DNA of 64,000 bases, from contig JAGVFW010000013.1 in NCBI GenBank assembly GCA_020057405.1, positions 1 through 64,000 of the forward strand, given 5' to 3'. The position numbers and the translations under genes were made by a program. Source of the DNA: an archaeon. Lineage in GTDB: Archaea > Micrarchaeota > Micrarchaeia > Norongarragalinales > UBA97. Position 1 is the stretch's first letter; the number at the start of each line of letters is the position of its first letter. A model generated the notes under the pieces. It was given only the letters and a program-made list of their open reading frames with translations, had not been told where the DNA came from and did not search any database. Shown here in pieces: positions 9,660 to 20,848 of this stretch.

Positions 9660-9920
9660 ATGGTTAAGTACGCAATTGCAAAACAACTTGCTGGAAAGCG
9701 CATCATCACGACCGACGGCGAAGAGCTCGGCCGCGTGATTGACCTGTACATGAACGAACTCAATGGCAAAATTGAGCGCGTGATTGTCGAGCCCAACCCG
9801 GACTCGTCGCTTGCGCAGCGCGCAGACCAGGAAACCGGCGGAATGATTACCATCCCCTATTCGAGCGTCCTTGACGTCAAGGATGTCATGGTAGTCGACC
9901 GACGCGAGCTCACGGGCTAA
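9660..9920 (+). CDS. PRC-barrel protein (CdpB-like candidate)
   Basis: GKRIITTDGEELGRVIDL...IPYSSVLDVKDVMVV; GGTGA SD. Confidence 0.85.
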   Translation: MVKYAIAKQLAGKRIITTDGEELGRVIDLYMNELNGKIERVIVEPNPDSSLAQRADQETGGMITIPYSSVLDVKDVMVVDRRELTG

Positions 9921-10780
9921 AGCTCCAAGCCCACTTCCTTTTCTTTTAAATCCTTAGCCTTGGCGAGAGCCTCTTCCACTTTCTCGAAGTTCTCGAAAAT
10001 CAGTTCCCCGGCGCGCTTGGCCTGCGCCTCTTCCGCCTCAAGCTCGACCATTCGCTTCTTCTGCTCCTCGAGCGAGTGCTTGAGTTTGGCAAACTGCTTT
10101 GCAACATCGCCTGACGGGGACTTCTTGGTTTCGACAAAGTCCTTGTAGTAAGAGTCAAGGGCCTCATTGAATGAAGTGAACTCCCGCGGCTCGCCTTTTG
10201 CGTCTTCGACAGGTTCGGCGGCAAAAGAAAGGGCCCCGCTGCCGTCGTAGTAGACGACTGCCCTTGGAACCTTGCCTTCCCATGCCGCAACTGCGTCGGC
10301 AATCTTGCCTGACGACTCGCCTTGGGCGGGCGGCTCGTAGATTGAACCGGCGTGAAGTTTTCTTCCGCCAAGCTCGATTGAACGCATTTGGCGGATGACT
10401 TTCCCACGCTCGTCAAGGAGCATGGCATTGCCCTTGCCGAACTGCTCGAAGACCAGGGTCCGCTTGCCGCCCTTGGCTAGAAAATGCAGTGCAACTAGCC
10501 TATCGGACTGCAGCTGCTCGGATTTGTCAAGCACGGCGTTGTCAAGCTCGCGCCGCACCGCCTCTACGAAGCTGGAGGGCTTTTCCTGCGGTGCTGCAAA
10601 GAAGTGGCTCAAGTGCAGCCGCACGCCGGGCTCGATTAGGAGATTGAACTCGTTTCCCTGCTTGCGCAGGCGCAGGCGGACGCAGTTGCCAGAGTCGTAA
10701 GCGTTGTCAAACCGGCTGCCTTCGGCTGCCGCTAGCTCGGCAACTGCAAGGAAATAGTCAACAGTCTTCATCTGCTGCAT
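9917..10780 (-). CDS. RqcH/NEMF (NFACT) N-terminal half: NFACT-N plus first coiled coil
   Basis: LLIEPGVRLHL, PSSFVEAVRREL, SDRLV, EQFGKGN, FNEALDSYY, GELIFENF. Confidence 0.8.
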   Translation of the reverse strand: MQQMKTVDYFLAVAELAAAEGSRFDNAYDSGNCVRLRLRKQGNEFNLLIEPGVRLHLSHFFAAPQEKPSSFVEAVRRELDNAVLDKSEQLQSDRLVALHFLAKGGKRTLVFEQFGKGNAMLLDERGKVIRQMRSIELGGRKLHAGSIYEPPAQGESSGKIADAVAAWEGKVPRAVVYYDGSGALSFAAEPVEDAKGEPREFTSFNEALDSYYKDFVETKKSPSGDVAKQFAKLKHSLEEQKKRMVELEAEEAQAKRAGELIFENFEKVEEALAKAKDLKEKEVGLEL

Positions 10781-10834
10781 AAATAGAATATGCTATTCGC
10801 TAGCTCTTTAATTCAACGATTTGGCCGTTGCGAT

Positions 10835-11044
10835 TTACTCTGCGGGCTTGGCGTACTGCCGGCCGCTGATGACGCGAAGCGGGATGACGCCCTTCTCGAA
10901 CTCGAGGAATGCCAGTGGCACTGCGCCGATGATGCCCTCGGGCACCTTGACTAGGGGCGGTGCGCCCATTGAGAGCTGGAGAGCACGGGCACCGATTACG
11001 CGGGCGCGTTCGTAATGCGTAATTTGCTTTTCTGCTTTAGCCAT
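10835..11044 (-). CDS. rpoK: RNA polymerase subunit K (Rpo6)
   Basis: THYERARVIGARALQLSMGAP. Confidence 0.95.
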   Translation of the reverse strand: MAKAEKQITHYERARVIGARALQLSMGAPPLVKVPEGIIGAVPLAFLEFEKGVIPLRVISGRQYAKPAE

Positions 11045-11095
11045 TTTAGTTCACTTTAAAGAAGTTAGACTAAGTTATTAGTCCGGAGAAGCTTT

Positions 11096-12082
11096 TTAGC
11101 CCTTGTGGTCGGGCTTGCCCGCCAAAACCATGTGCGCGAGGAGCGCTTCGAGTTGGATTCGCGGGTCGGCGCCCTGGCTCATGCGGAAGTCGTACTCGCC
11201 AATGCGGTCGATGAGCTCGACTTTCTTCCTGTCGTCAACTTCCAAGCTGTTCACCTCGCGGTGGATTTGGGAGATGACGTCCTCGCCGCTCATGCCGTAT
11301 TTTACCATGAGCTCGTCGAGTTGTTTTCGCGCGTCGGTGAAACGGCCCGAAAGAGCGAGCTTGACCATCTCGGCAACTTCAGATGGCCTCGCGCGCGAGC
11401 TCACCGCAAGAATGTCGTCTTCTTTGAGGTGCTTGCCCATTGCCGCTGCGCCCTGCATGACGTTGACTGCCTTTCTTGCGTCGCCTGCGGCGACGTAGAT
11501 TATCGCGGTTCTGGCTTCAGCGTCAAGCTTGAGGTCCTCGTGCTTGGCGATGTTGTCTACGATTTTGCCAATGTCTTCATCCCCAAGCGGCTTGAAACGG
11601 AAGACCGCGCAGCGGCTCTGGAGCGGCTCGATGATTTTGCTCGAGTAATTGCAGGAAAGGCAGAAGCGGGTGTTTGACGAGTACTTCTCCATCGTGCGGC
11701 GAAGGGCCTGCTGCGCGTCGTCAGTGAGATTGTCGGCCTCGTCAAGCAGGATGATTTTGAACTGCACGTCGCTCATCGGGAGCGTGCGGGCGAAGTCCTT
11801 GATGTGGCCGCGGACAACGTCAATGCCGCGCTCGTCAGAAGCATTTAGTTCAGCAAAGCACTGTCCCACGTTCTCGCCGTAAAGCTCGTGAGCCATTGCT
11901 AGGATGCAGGAAGTCTTGCCGATGCCCGCTGGGCCGGCCAAAAGCAGGTGCGGAAGATTACGGTTCTTCACGTACGCTTGGAGGCGCGCGACAGCGTCCT
12001 TGTGGCCTATGACCTCGCTAAGCTTTCTGGGACGGTACTTCTCTAGCCACGGCTGGAATTCTCCGGCGCCTTCCTTGCTCAT
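11096..12082 (-). CDS. rfcS: replication factor C small subunit
   Basis: PWLEKYRP, GPAGIGKT, ELNASDERG, LDEAD, SRC. Confidence 0.97.
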   Translation of the reverse strand: MSKEGAGEFQPWLEKYRPRKLSEVIGHKDAVARLQAYVKNRNLPHLLLAGPAGIGKTSCILAMAHELYGENVGQCFAELNASDERGIDVVRGHIKDFARTLPMSDVQFKIILLDEADNLTDDAQQALRRTMEKYSSNTRFCLSCNYSSKIIEPLQSRCAVFRFKPLGDEDIGKIVDNIAKHEDLKLDAEARTAIIYVAAGDARKAVNVMQGAAAMGKHLKEDDILAVSSRARPSEVAEMVKLALSGRFTDARKQLDELMVKYGMSGEDVISQIHREVNSLEVDDRKKVELIDRIGEYDFRMSQGADPRIQLEALLAHMVLAGKPDHKG

Positions 12083-12144
12083 AAGGAGAAATTAGCGCGG
12101 GAAGACTTTTAAGCCCGACGCGGGGAGTGTGCAAGCTGGGGGTG

Positions 12145-12400
12145 AAAAAGAACGAACCGCCGGCGATTTGCGCTTCCAGCATGGTCAGGCGCCCAAACAA
12201 GGCCGTTTGAAGCCTGCGCATCCACGCGCCTATCCGGCCGGATACGGGAACCCCCCACGCATCCCATCACAAACGAAGCGCTTTTGGCGCAATAGCCTTA
12301 CGGCTGGTGCTATGAAGGGTTGCACAAGGTTATCCCGCAAGCCACGCTGAAGGGTACGCTCGCGACGGTTCTGTTGCAGAATTGCTTCGTGGGTCGAAGC
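12145..12400 (-). ncRNA. unidentified structured non-coding RNA (~250 nt)
   Basis: Own TATA (TTTAAAAG 12429-12422) and U-tract (12149-12145); long-range helices GAACCGUCG/CGGCGGUUC and UUCAGCGUGG/CCAUGCUGGA with G-U pairs on the minus strand; several internal hairpins. Confidence 0.65.
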
Positions 12401-12502
12401 GATAGTGATTACGGAGTCCGGCTTTTAAACGGTGCAATTCCAGTATTCGAAAAATCGGCGTGCCGTTGGCTAATTGAATTTAGTTTTAGGGCGCCAAAAA
12501 AT

Positions 12503-12688
12503 TTAGGCGCTTAGGAACTTCTTGCGCTTCTTGATGTCGCCCCAGCAGTCCTTGCAGAGCACCAAGCGCTTGGTCTTGCTTGCAGTGAGCGAGCTCTTTT
12601 GGCAGTCGCGGCACACCATTCTGGTGCAGCCCGAGCACGCTTCCATATAGTAAGCGTCTTTTCCGCAGCGTCCACACTTGCCTGACAT
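12503..12688 (-). CDS. small Cys-rich zinc-finger protein
   Basis: Four CxxC pairs (CGRC, CSGC, CRDC, CKDC). Confidence 0.75.
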   Translation of the reverse strand: MSGKCGRCGKDAYYMEACSGCTRMVCRDCQKSSLTASKTKRLVLCKDCWGDIKKRKKFLSA

Positions 12689-12748
12689 AGTAAATCCACT
12701 CCTTAACAACCGATTAAAAGAATCGGCGCAATAGGGATTAGCGATAAA

Positions 12749-13183
12749 ATGTTTATTAAAACGATTGGGTGGAGTGCTGCGGCGATGCTAGTGGTGCTAG
12801 CGGCCACTGCGCCCTATGCTTTTGCCGCTGACAGCTTCGTGTCGCTTGACTGCCCCCTGCTTGCGGGAAGCGAAGTGACGGCCTACTACTACGAGGATGG
12901 CGCGGCAAAGTGCGCTTCGATGACTATCGAGGTGACGGCGCCCGACGGCACGGTGCAGTCGTCGTCTCCTTTGTCGTGCAGCGGCGGTAGGCACGTTTTT
13001 CCGCGCTATGCTGCACGGCAGGCGGGCAACTATTCTATTAGTGCTGTTGCGCCGCGGGCGACCGCTGGCTGCTTTGCTGCAGGAGTGTCTGTGCAGAGGC
13101 GAAAAGTGCCGGAATTCAATCCCTTCCTCGCGATTGCCGTCGGAATTGGCGCCATTTTGATTGCCCGCCGGCATGGTTTATAA
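12749..13183 (+). CDS. secreted protein with PEF-CTERM-like sorting signal
   Basis: Signal peptide; C-terminal VPEF followed by a TM helix and RR. Confidence 0.7.
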   Translation: MFIKTIGWSAAAMLVVLAATAPYAFAADSFVSLDCPLLAGSEVTAYYYEDGAAKCASMTIEVTAPDGTVQSSSPLSCSGGRHVFPRYAARQAGNYSISAVAPRATAGCFAAGVSVQRRKVPEFNPFLAIAVGIGAILIARRHGL

Positions 13184-13222
13184 GGAACGAACGCAACTTG
13201 TAGTTAAGGTGTTGAATCGGAA

Positions 13223-13954
13223 ATGACTCGCATTCTCAAAAATGCCATTGACGCTTACTTGGCCAACAGCAGGCTCATCTCGCTCTTTAGCATGCCATTC
13301 ATCATCTCCATTCCACTCGCCCTGCTTTTGCCAAACTACATTGCGCTTAGCGGCATTTTCCTGCGATTGGGCAGCCTGGGCTCGGATGTCTCACTAGTAG
13401 AGACGCTCGTGATGATTGCCGTGCTTTTAGTCTCGCTAATCCTCTTCTCGTTTGCACTCGTAGCAGTAAATTCGGTCATCAAGGCCCAGCGGTCGTTAAA
13501 CAAGCTAAAGCACGCTGACTTCGAGCGCATGGAAGAGGCGACCTTCAAGCTGTTTGCGGTCCTGCTAATCGCATTTCTTGCCACATTCGCGTTCAACCTC
13601 TTGCTTTACCAGTCAGGAATATTCAGCGAAGCCAAACGCGTGCTGCTGAACGCGTTGTTTGCGGCGGCCGTGTCCCTCGTGGTGCTCTTTGCGCCACAGG
13701 CGATAGTGCTTGACAACGCAAGCGTCGAGCACGCATTCACCCTCAGCCTGGGATTGACTGCAAAGCGGCCGGCCCTCGTTGCGCTCTTCGTGCTCCTTTC
13801 CGCCGGCCTCATAATCGCAAGCACAGTAATCTTCTCGCTCTTGCCGCTCTCGTTTGCGCCGCTTTTGGCGATTGCGGTAAACTCGCTTTTGTTCGTGCCC
13901 TTCCTCGAAGTGGTCAAAGTACAGATTTACCTAAGCAAGTACAATCTACTCTAA
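13223..13954 (+). CDS. multi-pass membrane protein
   Basis: About six hydrophobic segments. Confidence 0.7.
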   Translation: MTRILKNAIDAYLANSRLISLFSMPFIISIPLALLLPNYIALSGIFLRLGSLGSDVSLVETLVMIAVLLVSLILFSFALVAVNSVIKAQRSLNKLKHADFERMEEATFKLFAVLLIAFLATFAFNLLLYQSGIFSEAKRVLLNALFAAAVSLVVLFAPQAIVLDNASVEHAFTLSLGLTAKRPALVALFVLLSAGLIIASTVIFSLLPLSFAPLLAIAVNSLLFVPFLEVVKVQIYLSKYNLL

Positions 13955-13986
13955 AGCCAATCGACGCGGGCAAGGACGTTTCGCAA

Positions 13987-16083
13987 ATGGACGGCTACAC
14001 CCTAGTCATCGCCGAGAAGCCCTCAAGCGCGCAGAAAATTGCGACAGCGCTAGCCGACGGTAAAGTCGACAGAAAAGCAAGCGGAAAAGTAGCTTACTAC
14101 GAAATCAGCCGCGGCGGGGAAAACATCGTCGTCGTTCCTGCGGTAGGCCATCTTTACGGCCTAAGCGCCGAGAAGCCAGGCTATCCCGTCTTTGACGTTG
14201 CCTGGAAGCCGTCGTACGAAGTGTCGAAAACGGCTGGCTTCACCAAGCCCTACCTCCAGCTCATCCAATCGCTTGCGAAAAAAGCCAAGCACTTCATCAT
14301 CGCCGCGACCGACTTTGACATCGAGGGCGAAGTCATCGCCGCTAACCTCCTTGACTTTGCCTGCCATGCAAAGGAATCCCACCGCATGAAATTCTCGACC
14401 CTCACGAAAGAAGATTTGGTCAAGGCGTACGAACAACAACTGCCGTCTTTAGACAAGGGAATGGTGAGTGCCGGGCGCACGCGCCACGCCCTCGACTTCT
14501 ACTGGGGCGTCTCGCTCTCACGCGCCCTCATGCACGCGATAAAGACTGCAGGCATGTTCAAGGTCATGAGCATTGGCCGGGTGCAGGGGCCAGCGCTTTC
14601 GCTCCTTTCCAAGCGCGAGAAGGAAATCCTTGCGTTCGTGCCGACGCCCTACTGGGTCGTCCTGGCGAAAATCGATGGCGTGCAGTTCGAGCACGAGAAA
14701 AACCCATTTAAGGAAGAGCCGCTTGCAAAGGACGCGCTTGCCAAAGCAGGAAAGAGCGGCACCATTGTCGGGGTTAAGAAAAGCGAGTACAAGCAGGCGC
14801 CGCCAACGCCGTTTGACTTGACTACCTTGCAGACCGAAGCCCACAAGTGCTTTGACTTCTCCCCCGCGCGGACCCTTGAGATTGCGCAGAAGCTCTACGA
14901 GTCTGCAATCATCAGCTACCCGCGCACTTCGTCGCAAAAGCTGCCGGCCCAACTCGACTTGCCGAAAATCATTTCAAAGCTTGGCAACCAACCCGCGTAC
15001 TCAAAGCTTGCGGGCGAGCTCTTGGAGAAAAAACGCTTTGAACCCAACGAGGGAAAGAACAGCGACCCGGCCCACCCGGCAGTCTACCCCACAGGCGAGA
15101 TGCCAATGCGGCTCTTGGGGCCCGAAGCCCAGCTCTACGACTTGATTGCCAAGCGCTTCCTCGCGACTTTTGCCGAAGCGTCGGTGCGCGAGAAGCTCGC
15201 GGTTGACGCAAAACTGGGCACCGAAGTATTCAAGGCCGAAGGGGTGCGCACGATTGTGAAAAACTGGCTCGAGTTCTACGAGCCTTACTCAAAACAGCAG
15301 GAGACGGTGCTGCCGGCATTTAGCGTCGGGCAAGCGGTGACTGCAACTGAAACGAAGATGGACGAGCGAAAGACCAAGCCGCCCGACAGGTTTTCGGAAG
15401 CGTCGCTCGTGCGAAAGCTGGAGGAAGAGGACTTGGGCACCAAGGCGACGCGCTCTGCAGTCATCCAGACGCTCTTTGACCGGGGCTACATCAAGGGCAA
15501 GAGCATCGAAGTCACCGCGTTTGGAATGTCTGTGAACAATTCGCTCTTCAAGTACTCGCCGCAAGTGCTAAGCGAGCAGCTAACGCGCGATTTCGAGAAA
15601 GACATGGAACAAATCCAGGCCGGCGAGAAGAAGTCGGAGGAAGTGCTTGAGAAGGGACGCGGCACGATTACCCAAATCTTGGATGAGTTTAAGGACAAGG
15701 AACTCGCGGTTGGAAAAGAATTGCTCTCGTCGTTTAACACCACGCAAAGAGTGTACAACACTCTAGGCAAGTGCAACTCCTGCGCTGAAGGAAACCTCGT
15801 GATGCGCAAGGGAAAGTTCGGCCAGTTCGTCGGCTGCTCGGCTTACCCCAACTGCAGAAACACTTTCCCGCTTCCCGGCGACGCCGTTGTCAAGGCTGCA
15901 AACAAGATTTGCGACAAGTGCAAGACTCCAATAGTGTGGGTCCGCCGCAAGGGCAAGCGGCCGTGGAGCATGTGCCTCTCACCAGTGTGCGAAACCAAGA
16001 AAGACTGGGGCAAGCCAAAGGAAGGCACCGGCTCGACCAAGCCCCCAGAAGCGCAGCCTGACGAAAGCGCGTCCGAGCAGTAG
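13987..16083 (+). CDS. topA: type IA DNA topoisomerase with C-terminal Zn ribbons
   Basis: IAEKP, TDFDIEGE, SIGRVQ, ISYPRT (catalytic Tyr), AHPAVYPT, C4 ribbons. Confidence 0.96.
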   Translation: MDGYTLVIAEKPSSAQKIATALADGKVDRKASGKVAYYEISRGGENIVVVPAVGHLYGLSAEKPGYPVFDVAWKPSYEVSKTAGFTKPYLQLIQSLAKKAKHFIIAATDFDIEGEVIAANLLDFACHAKESHRMKFSTLTKEDLVKAYEQQLPSLDKGMVSAGRTRHALDFYWGVSLSRALMHAIKTAGMFKVMSIGRVQGPALSLLSKREKEILAFVPTPYWVVLAKIDGVQFEHEKNPFKEEPLAKDALAKAGKSGTIVGVKKSEYKQAPPTPFDLTTLQTEAHKCFDFSPARTLEIAQKLYESAIISYPRTSSQKLPAQLDLPKIISKLGNQPAYSKLAGELLEKKRFEPNEGKNSDPAHPAVYPTGEMPMRLLGPEAQLYDLIAKRFLATFAEASVREKLAVDAKLGTEVFKAEGVRTIVKNWLEFYEPYSKQQETVLPAFSVGQAVTATETKMDERKTKPPDRFSEASLVRKLEEEDLGTKATRSAVIQTLFDRGYIKGKSIEVTAFGMSVNNSLFKYSPQVLSEQLTRDFEKDMEQIQAGEKKSEEVLEKGRGTITQILDEFKDKELAVGKELLSSFNTTQRVYNTLGKCNSCAEGNLVMRKGKFGQFVGCSAYPNCRNTFPLPGDAVVKAANKICDKCKTPIVWVRRKGKRPWSMCLSPVCETKKDWGKPKEGTGSTKPPEAQPDESASEQ

Positions 16084-16120
16084 TAGCAGTTAAAGCACTG
16101 AACCGTCCAACTTCTTTTCG

Positions 16121-16879
16121 ATGAAAATCAAGCTCGACCCGAAAAAGTCGCTGCATGAGAACGCTGCCGTCTACTTTGAGAAGGCGAAGAAGGCGAGGCA
16201 GAAGCGCGAGTCTTTAATCGTGGCCATGAAGGACATGGAAGCCAAGATTGCCGAGGCTGAAAAGGGCGCGGCCGCGGAGAAGGCAGAAAACGCGCCGAAA
16301 ATGATTGAAAAGTCGGCCGAGAAAAAAGAGTGGTTCGAGCGCTTCCACCACTTCACCACTCCCAACGGCAGGCTCTGCCTAGCAGGCCACGACGCGTCGC
16401 AAAACGAAGTGCTCGTCAAGAACTATTTCGATGACGGCGACCTGTTCTTCCACGCCGATGTGCAGGGAGCCGCCGCGACGATACTGAAAGACGGCGTCAA
16501 GGCAAGCCCGGACGAGAAAGCTGGGGCGGCGCAGTTTGCGGCAAGCTACTCAAAGGCGTGGAAAGGCGGGTTTGCGACCGTCGACGTCTATGCAGTCGGC
16601 CACGACCAAGTAAGCAAGACGGCGCAAAGCGGCGAGTACGTCTCAAAAGGCGGCTTCATCATCCGCGGCAAGCGCGAGTGGTTCAAGAACACTCCACTCA
16701 AGGTGGCGATCGGATTTTCGGGAGAAAAACTAATTGTAGTGCCTAACTTGCTTGCCCAAACGCTGCAAAAACGCGTTGAACTCACTCCGGCAGAGAAGAC
16801 CGAGAATGCCGCCAAAGCGCTAAAGACATTGTCGCTGCCGGCAACCCGTCGCGACGAAGTCATGCGGCTCCTTCCCTAG
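16121..16879 (+). CDS. RqcH/NEMF (NFACT) C-terminal half: second coiled coil plus NFACT-R
   Basis: IKLDPKKSLHENAAVYFEKAKK, WFERFHHF, GHDASQNE, FHADVQGA, QVSKTAQSGEY, GGFIIRGKR. Confidence 0.85.
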   Translation: MKIKLDPKKSLHENAAVYFEKAKKARQKRESLIVAMKDMEAKIAEAEKGAAAEKAENAPKMIEKSAEKKEWFERFHHFTTPNGRLCLAGHDASQNEVLVKNYFDDGDLFFHADVQGAAATILKDGVKASPDEKAGAAQFAASYSKAWKGGFATVDVYAVGHDQVSKTAQSGEYVSKGGFIIRGKREWFKNTPLKVAIGFSGEKLIVVPNLLAQTLQKRVELTPAEKTENAAKALKTLSLPATRRDEVMRLLP

Positions 16880-17061
16880 TGGTGGTAGAAGATGTGCAGG
16901 CACACGTAACCCAGGCTTCCAACCGTGAAGAGGCACATCAGGTAGAAAAGCTGTATTTGGGTGAGGAACGGGTGCAAGAACTGCGCGATTACCGGCAGGC
17001 CGATGATTAGAAGCACCATGACAAGCCCAACTGTCGGAATCTTCAAGTCAGCCAAACCCAT
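16876..17061 (-). CDS. small two-TM protein
   Basis: 61-aa hydrophobic ORF. Confidence 0.5.
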   Translation of the reverse strand: MGLADLKIPTVGLVMVLLIIGLPVIAQFLHPFLTQIQLFYLMCLFTVGSLGYVCLHIFYHH

Positions 17062-17197
17062 GTTAACTCACAACCCCCTCATTCGAGAGATAGCAATTAG
17101 TTGCCCGGCATTTAAACGCTTTGCCGGATTTACGCACAAAGTCGCGGGCCAAAACTAAACCAAATGCTTAAAAGCGTGCATTTTGCATAGTTTCACC

Positions 17198-17467
17198 ATG
17201 GATGTGCAGCGCGTTTACATCCGCATTTCCAAGAGCCACGGGTTCAAGCCGCCGATTTTGAAGGAGATTGTTTTCCTTCGCGGCCGGGGCTTCAATAACC
17301 TGGAGATAGCGGAAGAGACTGGCATTTCGCGAAACACGGTCGCAAGCTACATCGAGAAAATGAGGGAAATGCAGGAAACGGAAGTGGCCGAACTCATGTC
17401 GCTTGTGGCGATGCTTGAGGCCCACAATCGAAGGCGCATGGCGCAAATGCTTAAAGAACTTGAGTAA
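17198..17467 (+). CDS. helix-turn-helix DNA-binding protein
   Basis: GFNNLEIAEETGISRNTVASY HTH; directly upstream of cdc48. Confidence 0.75.
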   Translation: MDVQRVYIRISKSHGFKPPILKEIVFLRGRGFNNLEIAEETGISRNTVASYIEKMREMQETEVAELMSLVAMLEAHNRRRMAQMLKELE

Positions 17468-19705
<2,238 letters not shown>

Positions 19706-19768
19706 GTCCTGCTGCTTTCCGCGAAAGGGCATAAAAGCACGATGGCCCACAATTATTTTAGTGGTTAA

Positions 19769-20188
19769 ATGGATTTGCGCGTACTATCGACTGCACTGGC
19801 GCTTTCGCTTGCCCTAGCGCTAATCGGCTTTGCGCTGCACTCTACAATCAACGCGGCCCTTGGCCTCAAGGAGAGCATTCTTGACAGCGCCTGGCAGTCG
19901 CTCGCCCTTGGCATCGGGCTAAGCATCCTGATTTCCCTCTTCTGGCCATACGCGCGCGGAGTGAGGAAGGGCGACAGGCTGGTTGCGCAAGTGCCGCGAA
20001 CGCAGAACACGCCAGGCGGTGTCTTCGCCTTTGTAGACAACGTCGTCGTCACGGCACTAGAGAACGGGCATTCGGGCGGCAAGATCAAGGTGCGCATCGG
20101 CAACGGCAAGACCGGCGAGGGAATAATCACGTCATACGCAGGCACTTTCACGCCCGCGGCAATCCAAATCACTGAAACGGAGAGCTAA
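19769..20188 (+). CDS. membrane protein with C-terminal beta domain
   Basis: Two N-terminal TMs followed by a beta-rich tail. Confidence 0.55.
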   Translation: MDLRVLSTALALSLALALIGFALHSTINAALGLKESILDSAWQSLALGIGLSILISLFWPYARGVRKGDRLVAQVPRTQNTPGGVFAFVDNVVVTALENGHSGGKIKVRIGNGKTGEGIITSYAGTFTPAAIQITETES

Positions 20189-20193
20189 GTTAA

Positions 20194-20775
20194 ATGAAGT
20201 TTGAGGAATTCTCCCACATCATCATCAGCGTCGTCACCGTATCGATAGCGTTCGCCATCGCCTGGACGGGGCTGACTGAATTCACCCCCGAGTTTGCAAG
20301 CGTTTTTGTCCTCATCCTCGTCACCGTCGGCAGCGGATTTATTTTCCACGAGCTTGCGCACAAGTATGTCGCAATACGCTACGGCGCCTACGCCGAATAC
20401 CGCTCGTGGACCCTCGGCCTCGTACTCGCAATCGGCATGGCCATTCTTTTCGGCTTCGTCTTTGCGGCACCCGGGGCGGTCTACATTTACGGCAGGAACT
20501 TAACTAAAGAGCAGAACGGCCGCATTGCGATTGCCGGTCCTGCGACTAACGCCGTTCTCGCCATTGGCTTTATCGCACTCGCCTTCTTCGAGCCTTCACT
20601 CGCTGGCTTGGCAAAGACGGGCGCAAGCGTAAACGCCTTCCTCGGCCTCTTCAACCTCATTCCAATCTTCCCCCTTGACGGGAGTAAAGTGCTTGCCTGG
20701 AGCCGCGGCGCGTGGATGACGGCAGTCGCAGTGCTTGGGGGAGTGATGTTCCTGGCACCGTCCGCACTCGGCTGA
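20194..20775 (+). CDS. site-2 (M50) membrane metalloprotease
   Basis: HELAH, AGPATN, NLIPIFPLDG. Confidence 0.92.
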   Translation: MKFEEFSHIIISVVTVSIAFAIAWTGLTEFTPEFASVFVLILVTVGSGFIFHELAHKYVAIRYGAYAEYRSWTLGLVLAIGMAILFGFVFAAPGAVYIYGRNLTKEQNGRIAIAGPATNAVLAIGFIALAFFEPSLAGLAKTGASVNAFLGLFNLIPIFPLDGSKVLAWSRGAWMTAVAVLGGVMFLAPSALG

Positions 20776-20848
20776 GCCGACGCGAAGAAAGCCGCAGGGG
20801 CGGTATTTATTCAAGCCCGGCGATAAGTATAATCTGGCAAGTAAAACC

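Noticed and set aside
12100-12430. RNase P or SRP identity for the structured RNA; the fragments AAAGCCGGACUCC, UGCAACAGAA and CGGGCUUA resemble RNase P conserved regions
   Set aside because: No GAGGAAAGUCC; the putative P4 pairing is imperfect; two of the fragments coincide with TATA boxes; no SRP helix-8 CAGG..GNRA..AGCA. Left unassigned pending a covariance-model search.
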